64,000 bases of DNA from an uncultured Rikenellaceae bacterium (GCA_964599235.1 CAZRDX010000040.1:9666-73665); one strand, 5' to 3'. Shown: positions 18,922-28,369, numbered from the stretch's first letter. Made by a program: numbers and translations. Notes: generated from the letters alone by a model not told the origin.

Positions 18922-21102
18922 ATGGGGAAGATCTTGTTGTTTCGCACCTGGCTCATCCTGGTTTCAGGATTGGTGACACCTCTTTTGCTTCATGCTCAGG
19001 ATGAGCGTCCTGTCCTGATAGCGGGGCGAACATTGGACGGATTCGTTTTTGACGGGCGGGTGGACGATCCATGCTGGCAGCAGGTAGATTCGATCCCCAA
19101 TCTCACAATGGTGGAGCCTCGCGAAGGGGCTGTACCCACTTTTCCAACTGTGGTACGTGTATTGGCCACTGAGCGTGAGATCATTCTGGGGATCATCTGT
19201 TATGATGACGAGCCGGATAAGATCGTTTCTTTCTCCAAGGCACGCGACTCTTATCTGCGTGGTGAGGATTACATCAAGTTCGTTTTTGACACCTATCAGG
19301 ACGGAAGGACGGGATATATTTTTTCGGTCAATCCCAGCGGGGCACGTTATGATGCTTTGTCGGAGAAGCACGGGGAACGGGAGGACAGCAACTGGGACGG
19401 CATATGGGATGCGCGGACCTTCAGGGGCCCTCGTTACTGGTCGCTGGAGGTGCGTATCCCCGTGAAGACGCTCACCTTTGCAAAAGGGTTGCATGCCTGG
19501 GGGTTCAATATGGAGCGGCGCATCCAGCGACTGCAGGAGGTGGACCGGTGGAGCGGAGCACGGATGGACTATCGGGTGGCACAGGTGATCGTGGCAGGTC
19601 TCCTGGAAGGACTGCCATCTTTCAACCTGGGGGCCGGCATGACCATCAAGCCTTCGCTTGTGGGAGACATCTCCCGCGAAGCCGGCGAGAACAGGGTATA
19701 CGACTGGAAGCCCAGCCTGGACATGATCCAGCGTATCACACCCGAGATCACAGCCCAGCTTACTCTCAACACCGACTTTGCCGAGACAGAGGTGGATACG
19801 CGCCGGACCAACCTCACCCGATTCTCCCTGTTCTTCCCTGAAAAAAGACAGTTCTTTCTCGAAGGTGCTGACATCTACTCGTTTGGACTCGGTCTGTCCC
19901 CCCATTCCCTTCTCCCTTTCAACAGCCGTCGTATCGGGCTGTATCAGGGGGAGGAAGTCCCCCTGGTAGTGGGTGCCAAGGTCAACGGAAAAGTCAGGAA
20001 AACGAACTTCGGGGCACTCATGACCCACATGGGCAAGCTGGATACTACCCTCTCTCCCACCAACCTGGGGGTGGTACGTGTCAAGCAGAACATCCTGAAA
20101 GAATCGACCGTAGGGATGATCGCCACCTTCGGCGACCCCTCCGGAATGAGCGGAAGTGGTATGGCTGGTATTGATTTCACTTACCGTACCAGTCATTACC
20201 GGGGCGACAAGAACCTGCTGGCCGGGGTATGGGGACTCTACAACTGGCGTGAGGATCTGGACGATGATCGTTCGGCATTCGGACTGACCGTCGACTACCC
20301 CAATGACAAATGGGATATTTTTGCGTCTTTCCGCCGGGTAGGCACGGATTTCAATCCTTCGCTGGGTTTTGTCCCACGACGCGGGATCTATGCCTATTCC
20401 CTTTCGGTGGATTTCATGCCCAGACCGGAGAAGATCGGTTTTATCAGACAGTTCTTTTTTGAATCTTTCTATTATCTGATCACCGATCTGAACCATCACT
20501 GGGAGAGTTACACCATTTTCACCGCACCTGTTCATTTCCGCATGGAGAGCGGTGACCGTTTTGAGTTCAACGTCAAACCGGCTGGGGAGTTTCTGAAAGA
20601 ACCGTTCGAGATCTCGCCGGGGGTGGTGATCCCGGCAGGCGGATATCACTGGATACGTTCACGGCTGGAGCTGGAGACCGCGAGCAAGCGTCCGGTGAAT
20701 GGACAGATCACCTGGTGGTATGGTGGTTTTTACGAAGGTTGGCTGGACCAGATCGAGCTGCAGTTGTTTCTGCGTCCTTTCACCTGGATGATCATTGAAC
20801 TGAATTACGAGAGGAACATTGCCAGGAACCTTGTGAACAATCCTGATTATGATTTCGACCAGAGTCTTTTTGGCGGGCGTCTGCAGCTCAATTTCAGTTC
20901 CGACATGCAGCTGAGCTCTTTCATTCAGTATGACAACATGAGCAGGTCGATCGGCACCAATACCCGTTTCCGCTGGACCTTCACGCCGAAAGGAGACCTG
21001 TTCATCGTGTACAATCACAATGTAGCTCAGGACCTGGAAGATCGTTTCGGGTTCCAGTCGAACCAACTGATCGCCAAACTGACCTACAGTTTCTGGCTGT
21101 AG
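18922..21102 (+). CDS. CBM9-like / DUF5916 family outer-membrane protein
   Basis: Signal peptide ending LLLHAQ. The N-terminal region GRVDDPCWQQVDSI...GEDYIKFVFDTYQDGRTGYIFSVNPSGARYD is typical of the CBM9-like domain that precedes DUF5916. C-terminal aromatic residues (YSFWL). Confidence 0.75.
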   Translation: MGKILLFRTWLILVSGLVTPLLLHAQDERPVLIAGRTLDGFVFDGRVDDPCWQQVDSIPNLTMVEPREGAVPTFPTVVRVLATEREIILGIICYDDEPDKIVSFSKARDSYLRGEDYIKFVFDTYQDGRTGYIFSVNPSGARYDALSEKHGEREDSNWDGIWDARTFRGPRYWSLEVRIPVKTLTFAKGLHAWGFNMERRIQRLQEVDRWSGARMDYRVAQVIVAGLLEGLPSFNLGAGMTIKPSLVGDISREAGENRVYDWKPSLDMIQRITPEITAQLTLNTDFAETEVDTRRTNLTRFSLFFPEKRQFFLEGADIYSFGLGLSPHSLLPFNSRRIGLYQGEEVPLVVGAKVNGKVRKTNFGALMTHMGKLDTTLSPTNLGVVRVKQNILKESTVGMIATFGDPSGMSGSGMAGIDFTYRTSHYRGDKNLLAGVWGLYNWREDLDDDRSAFGLTVDYPNDKWDIFASFRRVGTDFNPSLGFVPRRGIYAYSLSVDFMPRPEKIGFIRQFFFESFYYLITDLNHHWESYTIFTAPVHFRMESGDRFEFNVKPAGEFLKEPFEISPGVVIPAGGYHWIRSRLELETASKRPVNGQITWWYGGFYEGWLDQIELQLFLRPFTWMIIELNYERNIARNLVNNPDYDFDQSLFGGRLQLNFSSDMQLSSFIQYDNMSRSIGTNTRFRWTFTPKGDLFIVYNHNVAQDLEDRFGFQSNQLIAKLTYSFWL

Positions 21103-21103
21103 G

Positions 21104-22198
21104 TCAACTGTTTCTATTACGGAAGAAAAGGTATCCCATTCCCGTGATCACCATCAGCAGGATGGCACCTCCGGTATAGAGCAGATATCTGAAAGGTCGG
21201 GACATTTCCTGGTTGTTCTTTTGTGAAGAAGAGGTTTCAGATGCCCCAAACACCTTGTCCAGATCCACGCTTCTGGGAGCGATGGACAAGGCTTCGGCCG
21301 AGGAGGCCATGGGTTCCTTGGACAGGATCTGACTCATCTCATTGAGCACCATGGGGTTGCCTACATCAAACCCCAGCATGTCCGCTACTTTCTGGTCCAT
21401 GTTTGCCGTCCACTGCAACGGGATGGCCCTTTTCAGCAACGGGCTCAGGTCGATGCCACATTCACAATCGGTACCCAGCATCACAAGCTGTTTCAGCAAC
21501 TTTTCACGGGTGATCCCTTTACCCACAAGCGGTGGTCCTGCCAGACGGCCCCGTCCGTAAATGACCATAACCACCGGTCGGGGAACGTAAGGGTCGACAC
21601 CTGCCGCCCGCAGGATGATCTCTTCCTTGGCACGTTCCTCCGGGGGAACCATCACTTTGAGGATCTGTTGATCAGCAGGCTTGTCAAGAGAATGCGCCAG
21701 TTTCCGGAAATGTTCAAGGGTGCTCTCCACCACCCTGTCGACGGCAGTGTCCCGCTCATCGTAGAACCCGACCAGGAAAGCAAAAACATTCCCTGTCTGT
21801 CGCCGGAAAGCGCGTTGCAGGGGAGAAAAAAGCACTTTCTCATAAAAGGACCGGATCTCTCCTGCCGAAAAGACCTCCTTTTCAGCCAGGACGATCCCCC
21901 TGTCGTTACGCAGTACAAGACGTCCCTTATCAGCATCCTTTGTGTCTCGTATCCGGTAATGTATGTTGGTTGTGGCCTCCATGTCATCAGCGATCGTCCT
22001 GAAACTCCTGACCAGATCATGGTATCTTGTCGTGTCCGCTTCCAGCTCCATGATGTAGATCTGGAGCCTCAGGGGTGTGTAGCCGATCTCCCGGATCGTG
22101 AACCTGCAACCGGAAGCCTCGGGTGTGGAAACAAGGAGGAGCATGATCCCCAATCCCCATCCGAGAACCTTTCTTCCACTCATTCTTGTTTTCTCCAT
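21104..22198 (-). CDS. Hypothetical protein with lipobox-like signal (EASGC) and a C-terminal TM helix; no family recognised
   Basis: ATG 22198 lies 3 nt after the upstream stop. Hydrophobic N-terminus GWGLGIMLLLVS then ASGC; C-terminal LLYTGGAILLMVITGMGYLFF. Confidence 0.7.
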   Translation of the reverse strand: MEKTRMSGRKVLGWGLGIMLLLVSTPEASGCRFTIREIGYTPLRLQIYIMELEADTTRYHDLVRSFRTIADDMEATTNIHYRIRDTKDADKGRLVLRNDRGIVLAEKEVFSAGEIRSFYEKVLFSPLQRAFRRQTGNVFAFLVGFYDERDTAVDRVVESTLEHFRKLAHSLDKPADQQILKVMVPPEERAKEEIILRAAGVDPYVPRPVVMVIYGRGRLAGPPLVGKGITREKLLKQLVMLGTDCECGIDLSPLLKRAIPLQWTANMDQKVADMLGFDVGNPMVLNEMSQILSKEPMASSAEALSIAPRSVDLDKVFGASETSSSQKNNQEMSRPFRYLLYTGGAILLMVITGMGYLFFRNRNS

Positions 22199-22201
22199 GG
22201 C

Positions 22202-25200
22202 TCAATGGAAAAGGGCTTCATCCGGGATCTTCCTTTTTCCCATTCCCGGCCCGTCCCAGAAAACCCGGAGGGCTTTCCCCGTGACGGTCTGGAAGTATCC
22301 CAGCCTGAAAGCATGCAAACCCTGTGAAAGAGGGATCTCACCCGACATCTCACGTGCTCCGTGGGTACCGTCGTTGTCAACCACTTTCTGCCCGTCGATC
22401 CAGAGGATACTACCATCGTCGCTTTGTATGTAGAAATGATAGATGCCGTCGGCAGGAACTCTCAGAAAGCCGTCAAAACAGAGACCGAAATGTTCCTCTT
22501 TCCGGGCCCAGGAAAGATCGAGAGTCCGTGCCACACCATCCCTTTCGGGTGCAAGGCTGTCGAAGGCCGGCACCATCGTCCAGATGCCTTCGTAACAGCG
22601 GACCTTTACGCCCGGCCGGGTGGGTACGGTAAGTGCAGGCAAAAGTCTGGGAATACCCACCTTTTTTTGGGATACCTCACTGATCCGGACATTCCCATTT
22701 TCCTTCCACACGGTCACGGCTTTCACGGTCACAGAGTCGGCGATCCTGATAGGATTCCCGTACAGGGGTGAACCGGGACCGGGCAGTGAACCGTCGAGGG
22801 TGTAATGGATCTCACCGGTATGTCCTATCCGTTCGAGAAGGATCTCCCGCTTTCCGTCGGAAATGGCGTTTTGTGGAAGGATCTGAGGAGCAGGACGCAG
22901 GCGTTCGAAATGGCGGGCACGCCGGAGTTTGACCTCTTTTCCCTGCTTGCGGGTATAGAAGGCGAGACTTATCTCCGTGCTCCTGTCGAGGAGGATGGGC
23001 CCTGTATAGGGTATGGAAAGAGAATCGGGATCACTGCCGTCCAGAGTGTAAAACAGACGGCCTTTCACCCCATTCTTCACCACCAGTTTTACCGACAGGG
23101 TGTCGATGAAACGGCTCTCTCCGCTGAAGAGGAACATGACCGGTGTACGATATTTGGGTGCCATCACCATGGAGGTCTCGTACCAGGTGCCGCAGGAGCA
23201 GCCCCCACCTCCTTCGGGTGAGAGTACCATCCCCAGCGCCGGAATGGTGCTGATCCAACAGTCGGGGCGCAGACGTTCCCATTTGGAGAATTTACGTGTA
23301 TCGAAGTTGAACTGTGTCACACTTCCACCGCGGTAGAAAACACTTTGTTCGGAGAGCGTATAGGAGGAACAACCGTGGCCGGCTTTGGGCACATCGTAGC
23401 CGATACGTTCGCCGGTATCCATCCTGAAAAGACCCGGTTTGAGCATCAGGCGGTTCCCTGCGATGGCCGGACGTGAGAGGTGACCACCGTGGTTGTCAGA
23501 TGGCCAGGGCATGCCGTTCTTCCAACGCAACGAACCGTCGCGTACATCGTAATTGTAAAGATAATAAGTACCTTTGTATGAGGCTACGATCACCAGCCTG
23601 CCATTTCCGGCCGCCATGTAATAAGCAGCGATGCCCGGTTGGGTTTTGATGCGGTGGTGCCAGAGCACTTTCCCGTCGTTCAGAGACAGGGCGGTGAGCC
23701 ACAGCTCTCTGAAGATCCCTTCACCGCCCCGTTTCTTGTCGGTCAGCTCGGGAGTAGCCGATTCCACAAAGAACACTTTTCCCTCATAGATGGTGATGGT
23801 GGAATTGATGATCATGGAGGGGGCCGGGTTGTATTCCCAGAGGATATCCGCCCCTCCCCGGGGGATCGCAAAGAGTCTGTAGCTCATCACCTTGTCCGTT
23901 TCAGGACCATGGGTTTCGTCGTACCAACCCCATTCACCGTGGTAGGAGACAAAGGCGCTGTGGCGGGGTGTGGCGGTACCGACCACGATGCCGTCAGCAG
24001 GCCCCACGTATCCCCAGTCGTAATCATCTGCAGCTGCCCGGGGCACCTGTACTTCGCGCACAACATTCCCGTTCTCCTGGTCCAATACCAAGAGCGAGGG
24101 ACCTTTGGCCGCATACAGGTACCGGTCGTCGGCGGCCCAGTTGGCACAGTCGCGCACAACATTCATCCTGATGAAGCCGGGGATCACGCGAGTCCAAAGA
24201 ATGGTCCCGTTGTATGCATCGATGGCGGCAATACGTTCCAGACCCTGGACAAACAACTTTCCGTTGATGGCCAGGGGTGAAGGTTTTCTTCCGTTCCTGT
24301 CGGCCTGAAAGCGCGGTCCGGGACGTCCCATCCATTGCACTTCGAACTCGTCGCTTGAGGTGGTCCCCCACAGGCTCTCACCCCCAAAGGCACTGTTGTC
24401 CGGCGTACCGTACTCCGCTGTCCATACCCCACCGTCGTCGGGTTCTTTTTTTCGTAGTATTACGGCATATCCCTTATCAAAAGGGACCATTTCCTCTTCC
24501 ACCTGCCACAGTTCGTTGCTGTTGTTGCTCTTTTCAAAGTAGTCTCGGGCCAGTTCTTCCTTATCCTCCCCCCTGAGAAAGAATGCCAGCCCGTGAGGAG
24601 CTGTCAAACGGATCACTTCATCCACATCGGGAGTCGGGGAAACGTTACACACAACGAGATCAGCAAGATCGGACTGAATAGGAAGGCGAGAGAGATCCTC
24701 GACGGCGTATGCTGAAAGCCTCCCTCCGTAAATACCCTCCCTAAAAAGCTTTTCGCGGAACCGTGTTACTTTGCGGCGTGAAGGGTCGAAAACCACCACA
24801 TTGTAGTAGGAACGGGCAGCCAGCATTACAGGCAACGTGCCGTCGTCGAGGCCCAGAACGAAACAAAGCCCTTTCCGGGGTTCGCTGGCCAAAGAAAGGA
24901 TCCCGGCAGCCAGCTTCACCTGCTTGCCGTTTTCCTGCCAGTGCGGAGAAGGCGATACTTTTTCCGGAGAAAAATTAAAGAAATTGTCATATTCAAACCG
25001 CTGCGACACTTTCCCTTCCCCCTCGATCCGGTAATCATAAATAAAGTTCTTTCTTACCGGTATCACAAACCTGTGGCGGGGGGAAGGTGCCTTGTCACGC
25101 AGTATCTTTTTTTCAATATCGTTGTTGGAACGCCAGTAAACAGAACACAAAAGGGGTTCTCCTGTTTGGAACTCAAGGGCGATGTGGTTCTTATCCAAGG

Positions 25201-26557
25201 TGGTAATGTAAGGCCCTGAGGTGAGGTCAAGTGAATTTTTCGGTGAATTCTTCCATCTCTTCCCTTCAGGAAAGCTGTCCCGGGGGCTGAAGGTTTGCGG
25301 TCGGCCATCCCTGGAAAAACAATAGATCCTGCCTTCGCCGGTAGAGACGAAAAGGGCGCTGTCCCCCACTGCCATAGCATAGATCGTTCCTTTCACGAGT
25401 CCTTTCCAGAGGGGGCGGCCATCGGTCACTGAAAGTGCATAGACGGTATCGGTAGCTCCGGCAAAAAGTACCGTATCTGCCATCACGATACGGTGAGCAT
25501 AGTAAGCCCTTTGTACCCACAGCACTTCCCTGGTCTTTCTGTCGTAGGCGGAGATAGCATTGTCAGAGAGCACAAAGCTTTTGTCATCTGACACCACCAT
25601 CTCCTTCCCACCTTTGAAAGACATGTATTCAGGTTTCTTTTTTTTCAGGTCAAGGTCGACGATCGATGGGTATCGTGAGGTGAGGGCATGGACGACATGC
25701 CTGTCGGGGGTTACCAGCACGAAACATCCTCCGTCGCCAGGCAACTGTCCAAGGATCTTTCCGGTGTGTTTATCGAAGAAGACCGGAGAGACCCTGCCCT
25801 GGGGCTGGATCAGACGGTCACCCGAGGAGGCCATGGCCCCTTCAAAAGTGACATCTTCCACTTCGCGTACCCAGGTACCTTCTTTGCCCGTCTTGCCGGT
25901 CCGGGCGTCCACGGCACATAGGAAGCTCTTCTTCCAGGGGATGAGCGAGGCACTGAAATAGGCGATGCCGTCCTCAATGAGCACGCCTGTACGGACGGGC
26001 CAGAAAGAGATCAGACGGCCGTTGTTGAGCACCTTCTCTTGCGTGCGTGAAGGTGAGAACTTCCAGACAATCCGGCCGTTGGAAGCGTTGAGGCAGTATA
26101 CGAAACCATCGTCGGAACCTATATAGAGCTGTCCTTTCCACCACGTGGGTGCAATACGGATGGGTCCACCTGTGATGAAATGCCACTCTTCTTTTCCGGT
26201 CCGGGTGTTGAGGCAGTGCACTGCATCATCGGAGGTGGAGGCATACCACAGATGCTCTCCCACGATGACGGGGCTGTAAGCCAGATCATAGTCGCGCATG
26301 GAGGGGAGTGGTCCGCTCAGGGCATAAGCATCTTCCCTGGCCGGTCCGTACCACGCGGGAACGGGCTCATGGGGGGCCTCATATACCCATCGCAGGCCGA
26401 AAGGCCGCCCGAAGATACTGACCGGGCTCTTCGCACTGCGGTAGTTGTCGCGTTTGAATTGCGGCCAGTCGTTCTCCTTCACCTGCTGCTCCTTGCATGC
26501 GGTCAGTAAGGAGAAAAGAGTGATCCCTACCAGGATCTTTGTAAAGATGCGTATCAT
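22202..26557 (-). CDS. 1451-aa multidomain lipoprotein: two PQQ/BamB-like beta-propellers, Fn3-like unit, methyltransferase-like insert, two CHB_HEX_C-like units, PA14
   Basis: Lipoprotein signal MIRIFTKILVGITLFSLLTAC at ATG 26557; the track start 26899 runs into the ABC ATPase gene. Repeated propeller motif such as VYCLNASNGRIVW, IAAIDAYNGTILW and LSLNDGKVLW. FYTLDGSDP and IHYTLDGSLPGPGSP units. PA14-like tail DGIYHFYIQSDDGSILWIDGQKVVDNDG. Confidence 0.85.
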   Translation of the reverse strand: MIRIFTKILVGITLFSLLTACKEQQVKENDWPQFKRDNYRSAKSPVSIFGRPFGLRWVYEAPHEPVPAWYGPAREDAYALSGPLPSMRDYDLAYSPVIVGEHLWYASTSDDAVHCLNTRTGKEEWHFITGGPIRIAPTWWKGQLYIGSDDGFVYCLNASNGRIVWKFSPSRTQEKVLNNGRLISFWPVRTGVLIEDGIAYFSASLIPWKKSFLCAVDARTGKTGKEGTWVREVEDVTFEGAMASSGDRLIQPQGRVSPVFFDKHTGKILGQLPGDGGCFVLVTPDRHVVHALTSRYPSIVDLDLKKKKPEYMSFKGGKEMVVSDDKSFVLSDNAISAYDRKTREVLWVQRAYYAHRIVMADTVLFAGATDTVYALSVTDGRPLWKGLVKGTIYAMAVGDSALFVSTGEGRIYCFSRDGRPQTFSPRDSFPEGKRWKNSPKNSLDLTSGPYITTLDKNHIALEFQTGEPLLCSVYWRSNNDIEKKILRDKAPSPRHRFVIPVRKNFIYDYRIEGEGKVSQRFEYDNFFNFSPEKVSPSPHWQENGKQVKLAAGILSLASEPRKGLCFVLGLDDGTLPVMLAARSYYNVVVFDPSRRKVTRFREKLFREGIYGGRLSAYAVEDLSRLPIQSDLADLVVCNVSPTPDVDEVIRLTAPHGLAFFLRGEDKEELARDYFEKSNNSNELWQVEEEMVPFDKGYAVILRKKEPDDGGVWTAEYGTPDNSAFGGESLWGTTSSDEFEVQWMGRPGPRFQADRNGRKPSPLAINGKLFVQGLERIAAIDAYNGTILWTRVIPGFIRMNVVRDCANWAADDRYLYAAKGPSLLVLDQENGNVVREVQVPRAAADDYDWGYVGPADGIVVGTATPRHSAFVSYHGEWGWYDETHGPETDKVMSYRLFAIPRGGADILWEYNPAPSMIINSTITIYEGKVFFVESATPELTDKKRGGEGIFRELWLTALSLNDGKVLWHHRIKTQPGIAAYYMAAGNGRLVIVASYKGTYYLYNYDVRDGSLRWKNGMPWPSDNHGGHLSRPAIAGNRLMLKPGLFRMDTGERIGYDVPKAGHGCSSYTLSEQSVFYRGGSVTQFNFDTRKFSKWERLRPDCWISTIPALGMVLSPEGGGGCSCGTWYETSMVMAPKYRTPVMFLFSGESRFIDTLSVKLVVKNGVKGRLFYTLDGSDPDSLSIPYTGPILLDRSTEISLAFYTRKQGKEVKLRRARHFERLRPAPQILPQNAISDGKREILLERIGHTGEIHYTLDGSLPGPGSPLYGNPIRIADSVTVKAVTVWKENGNVRISEVSQKKVGIPRLLPALTVPTRPGVKVRCYEGIWTMVPAFDSLAPERDGVARTLDLSWARKEEHFGLCFDGFLRVPADGIYHFYIQSDDGSILWIDGQKVVDNDGTHGAREMSGEIPLSQGLHAFRLGYFQTVTGKALRVFWDGPGMGKRKIPDEALFH

Positions 26558-26573
26558 TGCAACAAGATGTTTT

Positions 26574-27236
26574 TCATTGGACAATCCTTCCTTTTTCCAT
26601 AAGGATGGTCCGCTCGGCAACCCGGTCGGCATGGTCGTCGTGGCTGACCATGACGACGGTCCCTCCTTCCTGCTGGTAGGTATGGAGCAGACGGATGACC
26701 ACACCGGCATGGGCGGGGTCCAGGTTTCCGGTAGGTTCGTCGGCCAGGATGAGCTTCGGATGGCGCAGCAGAGCCCTGGCCAGGGCCACCCGCTGTTTCT
26801 CTCCGGCAGAAAGAGCCCCAGGAAGGTGATCCTCTCTTTCCTCAAGACCCAATCTTTGCAGCAGTATGCGGAGCTCTTCCCTCCCGTCTTTCCGTGCAAC
26901 CGCCTTGTTGGCCAGAAGAATGTTCTCCTTTACGCTGAGGTAAGGCAACAGATGATACGACTGGAACACAAAACCGATGTGTTCTCCCCGGAAGCGGGAC
27001 CGTTCCCTGTCGTTCATCTGAAAAAGATCATGACCGCTGATCCATACCTTGCCGGCGGTAGGCAGGAGGAGTCCCCCAAGCAAGAAGAGGAGAGTGGACT
27101 TACCCGACCCGCTGGGGCCCTTGATGAGCACGAACTCTCCTTCCCCTATCTCGAGTCCGACCCCGGCCAGAGCCGTCACGCTGTGTTTCCCACGCCGAAA
27201 AACCTTGGTCAATCCTTCTGTTCTGATCATCTTCAT
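26574..27236 (-). CDS. ABC transporter ATP-binding protein, MacB/LolD type
   Basis: Walker A GPSGSGKST, signature LSAGEKQRVALARAL, Walker B LILADEPTGNLD. Confidence 0.93.
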   Translation of the reverse strand: MKMIRTEGLTKVFRRGKHSVTALAGVGLEIGEGEFVLIKGPSGSGKSTLLFLLGGLLLPTAGKVWISGHDLFQMNDRERSRFRGEHIGFVFQSYHLLPYLSVKENILLANKAVARKDGREELRILLQRLGLEEREDHLPGALSAGEKQRVALARALLRHPKLILADEPTGNLDPAHAGVVIRLLHTYQQEGGTVVMVSHDDHADRVAERTILMEKGRIVQ

Positions 27237-28369
27237 TCTTCCTTCAGCAATTCACCGGGTTGTTTGTATACAGCAAGGACGACCGGGATGGCAGAGGCCA
27301 CGACAGCAAAGAAAGGTGCAAGACACATGGCCCAAATGAGCAGTTCATGAAGAGGATGAATGGCCTTTGCCGTGACGCGGAACACCTGCGGACCATGTTT
27401 CATGGCCAGCCAGGTACCGAGAAAATATCCCATCCCTGCCCCGGCCAGACCCAGCAGGACAGCGCGTGCAAAGAAGATCCCTGTGATGCGCGATCCCCGG
27501 AAACCCAAAGCACGGAGAATACCTATCTCACGGGAACGCTGCATCACATTGATCATGGCCAGCGCACCGGTCCAGATGGCAGCGATGAGCAACAACACAG
27601 GCAGCAATACAGCAAAATAGTTGTCCATCATTTTCCGCTGTTTTTCCCGGGCCACGGCGATGGTTCTGTTCATGATGACCCTGGCATCGGGCAGGTCGGT
27701 CTCCAGCTGACGACGCAGGTCGCCCAGAGGATCATCCCCCTGCGCTGAGCACATACAGTTCAGGGCCATGATCTCACTGATGAGCCCTTCCTTGTGCAGG
27801 AGGTTCTGCAGATCATTGAGGTCGAAATAGATCCTGACGTCATCTTCCGACCCCGTCTCGGCCAGCGTTCTTTCTACGACATACCGCTTTCCGAGGATCG
27901 TGAGCGTATCCCCACTGTGGACATTTGCGGCACGGGCGATCTCGTAGCCCACATACACCTTTCCGCGAGGGATCGCAAAGATCATCTTGCTTCGTTTCTT
28001 TCCTTTGGGGTTGAGCTCATCCGGCGAGATGCCGGTAAGCATCACGTCCATGCCCCTCCACCGGATACGCTGATGGAGCGTAGCGGTCAGATGGGCATAG
28101 TAGATGGCTTTTTTATCGACCAATACCTGAACATATTTTTCCGGCATGGTACGGGAAGAATACCCTCTTGTCCAGAATTCGTTCATGTTGGTCGAATCCG
28201 GGATGATCCGCAGATTGAATCCCATGTTACGGGTAAGTATGCGTGTTTCGTTCTGAGAGGCCCTGGTCATGATGACAAAAAAGACCACCCCTGTCACAGC
28301 CACGGCCATTCCCAGTGATCCCAGAAAGAAATTCCAGCGCCGGTACCAGATCTCTTTAAGAAGAATCAT
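27233..28369 (-). CDS. ABC transporter permease, FtsX/MacB-type with periplasmic domain
   Basis: N-terminal TM, a large extracytoplasmic domain, and the FtsX region REIGILRALGF plus three TM helices. ATG 28369 is preferred over the track TTG 28399. The stop overlaps the ATPase ATG (ATGA). Confidence 0.85.
   Translation of the reverse strand: MILLKEIWYRRWNFFLGSLGMAVAVTGVVFFVIMTRASQNETRILTRNMGFNLRIIPDSTNMNEFWTRGYSSRTMPEKYVQVLVDKKAIYYAHLTATLHQRIRWRGMDVMLTGISPDELNPKGKKRSKMIFAIPRGKVYVGYEIARAANVHSGDTLTILGKRYVVERTLAETGSEDDVRIYFDLNDLQNLLHKEGLISEIMALNCMCSAQGDDPLGDLRRQLETDLPDARVIMNRTIAVAREKQRKMMDNYFAVLLPVLLLIAAIWTGALAMINVMQRSREIGILRALGFRGSRITGIFFARAVLLGLAGAGMGYFLGTWLAMKHGPQVFRVTAKAIHPLHELLIWAMCLAPFFAVVASAIPVVLAVYKQPGELLKEE

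Noticed and set aside
18964-20649. 561-aa ORF antisense to the DUF5916 gene
   Set aside because: Same codon-aligned shadow-frame explanation. There is no signal peptide or domain motif. The sense strand encodes a protein with a clear signal peptide and family-typical N-terminal domain.
26558-26899. 114-codon N-terminal extension of the giant ORF as given in the track (start 26899)
   Set aside because: The extension overlaps the 3' end of the ABC ATPase gene in another frame and has no signal features. The internal ATG 26557 is immediately followed by a textbook lipoprotein signal peptide.
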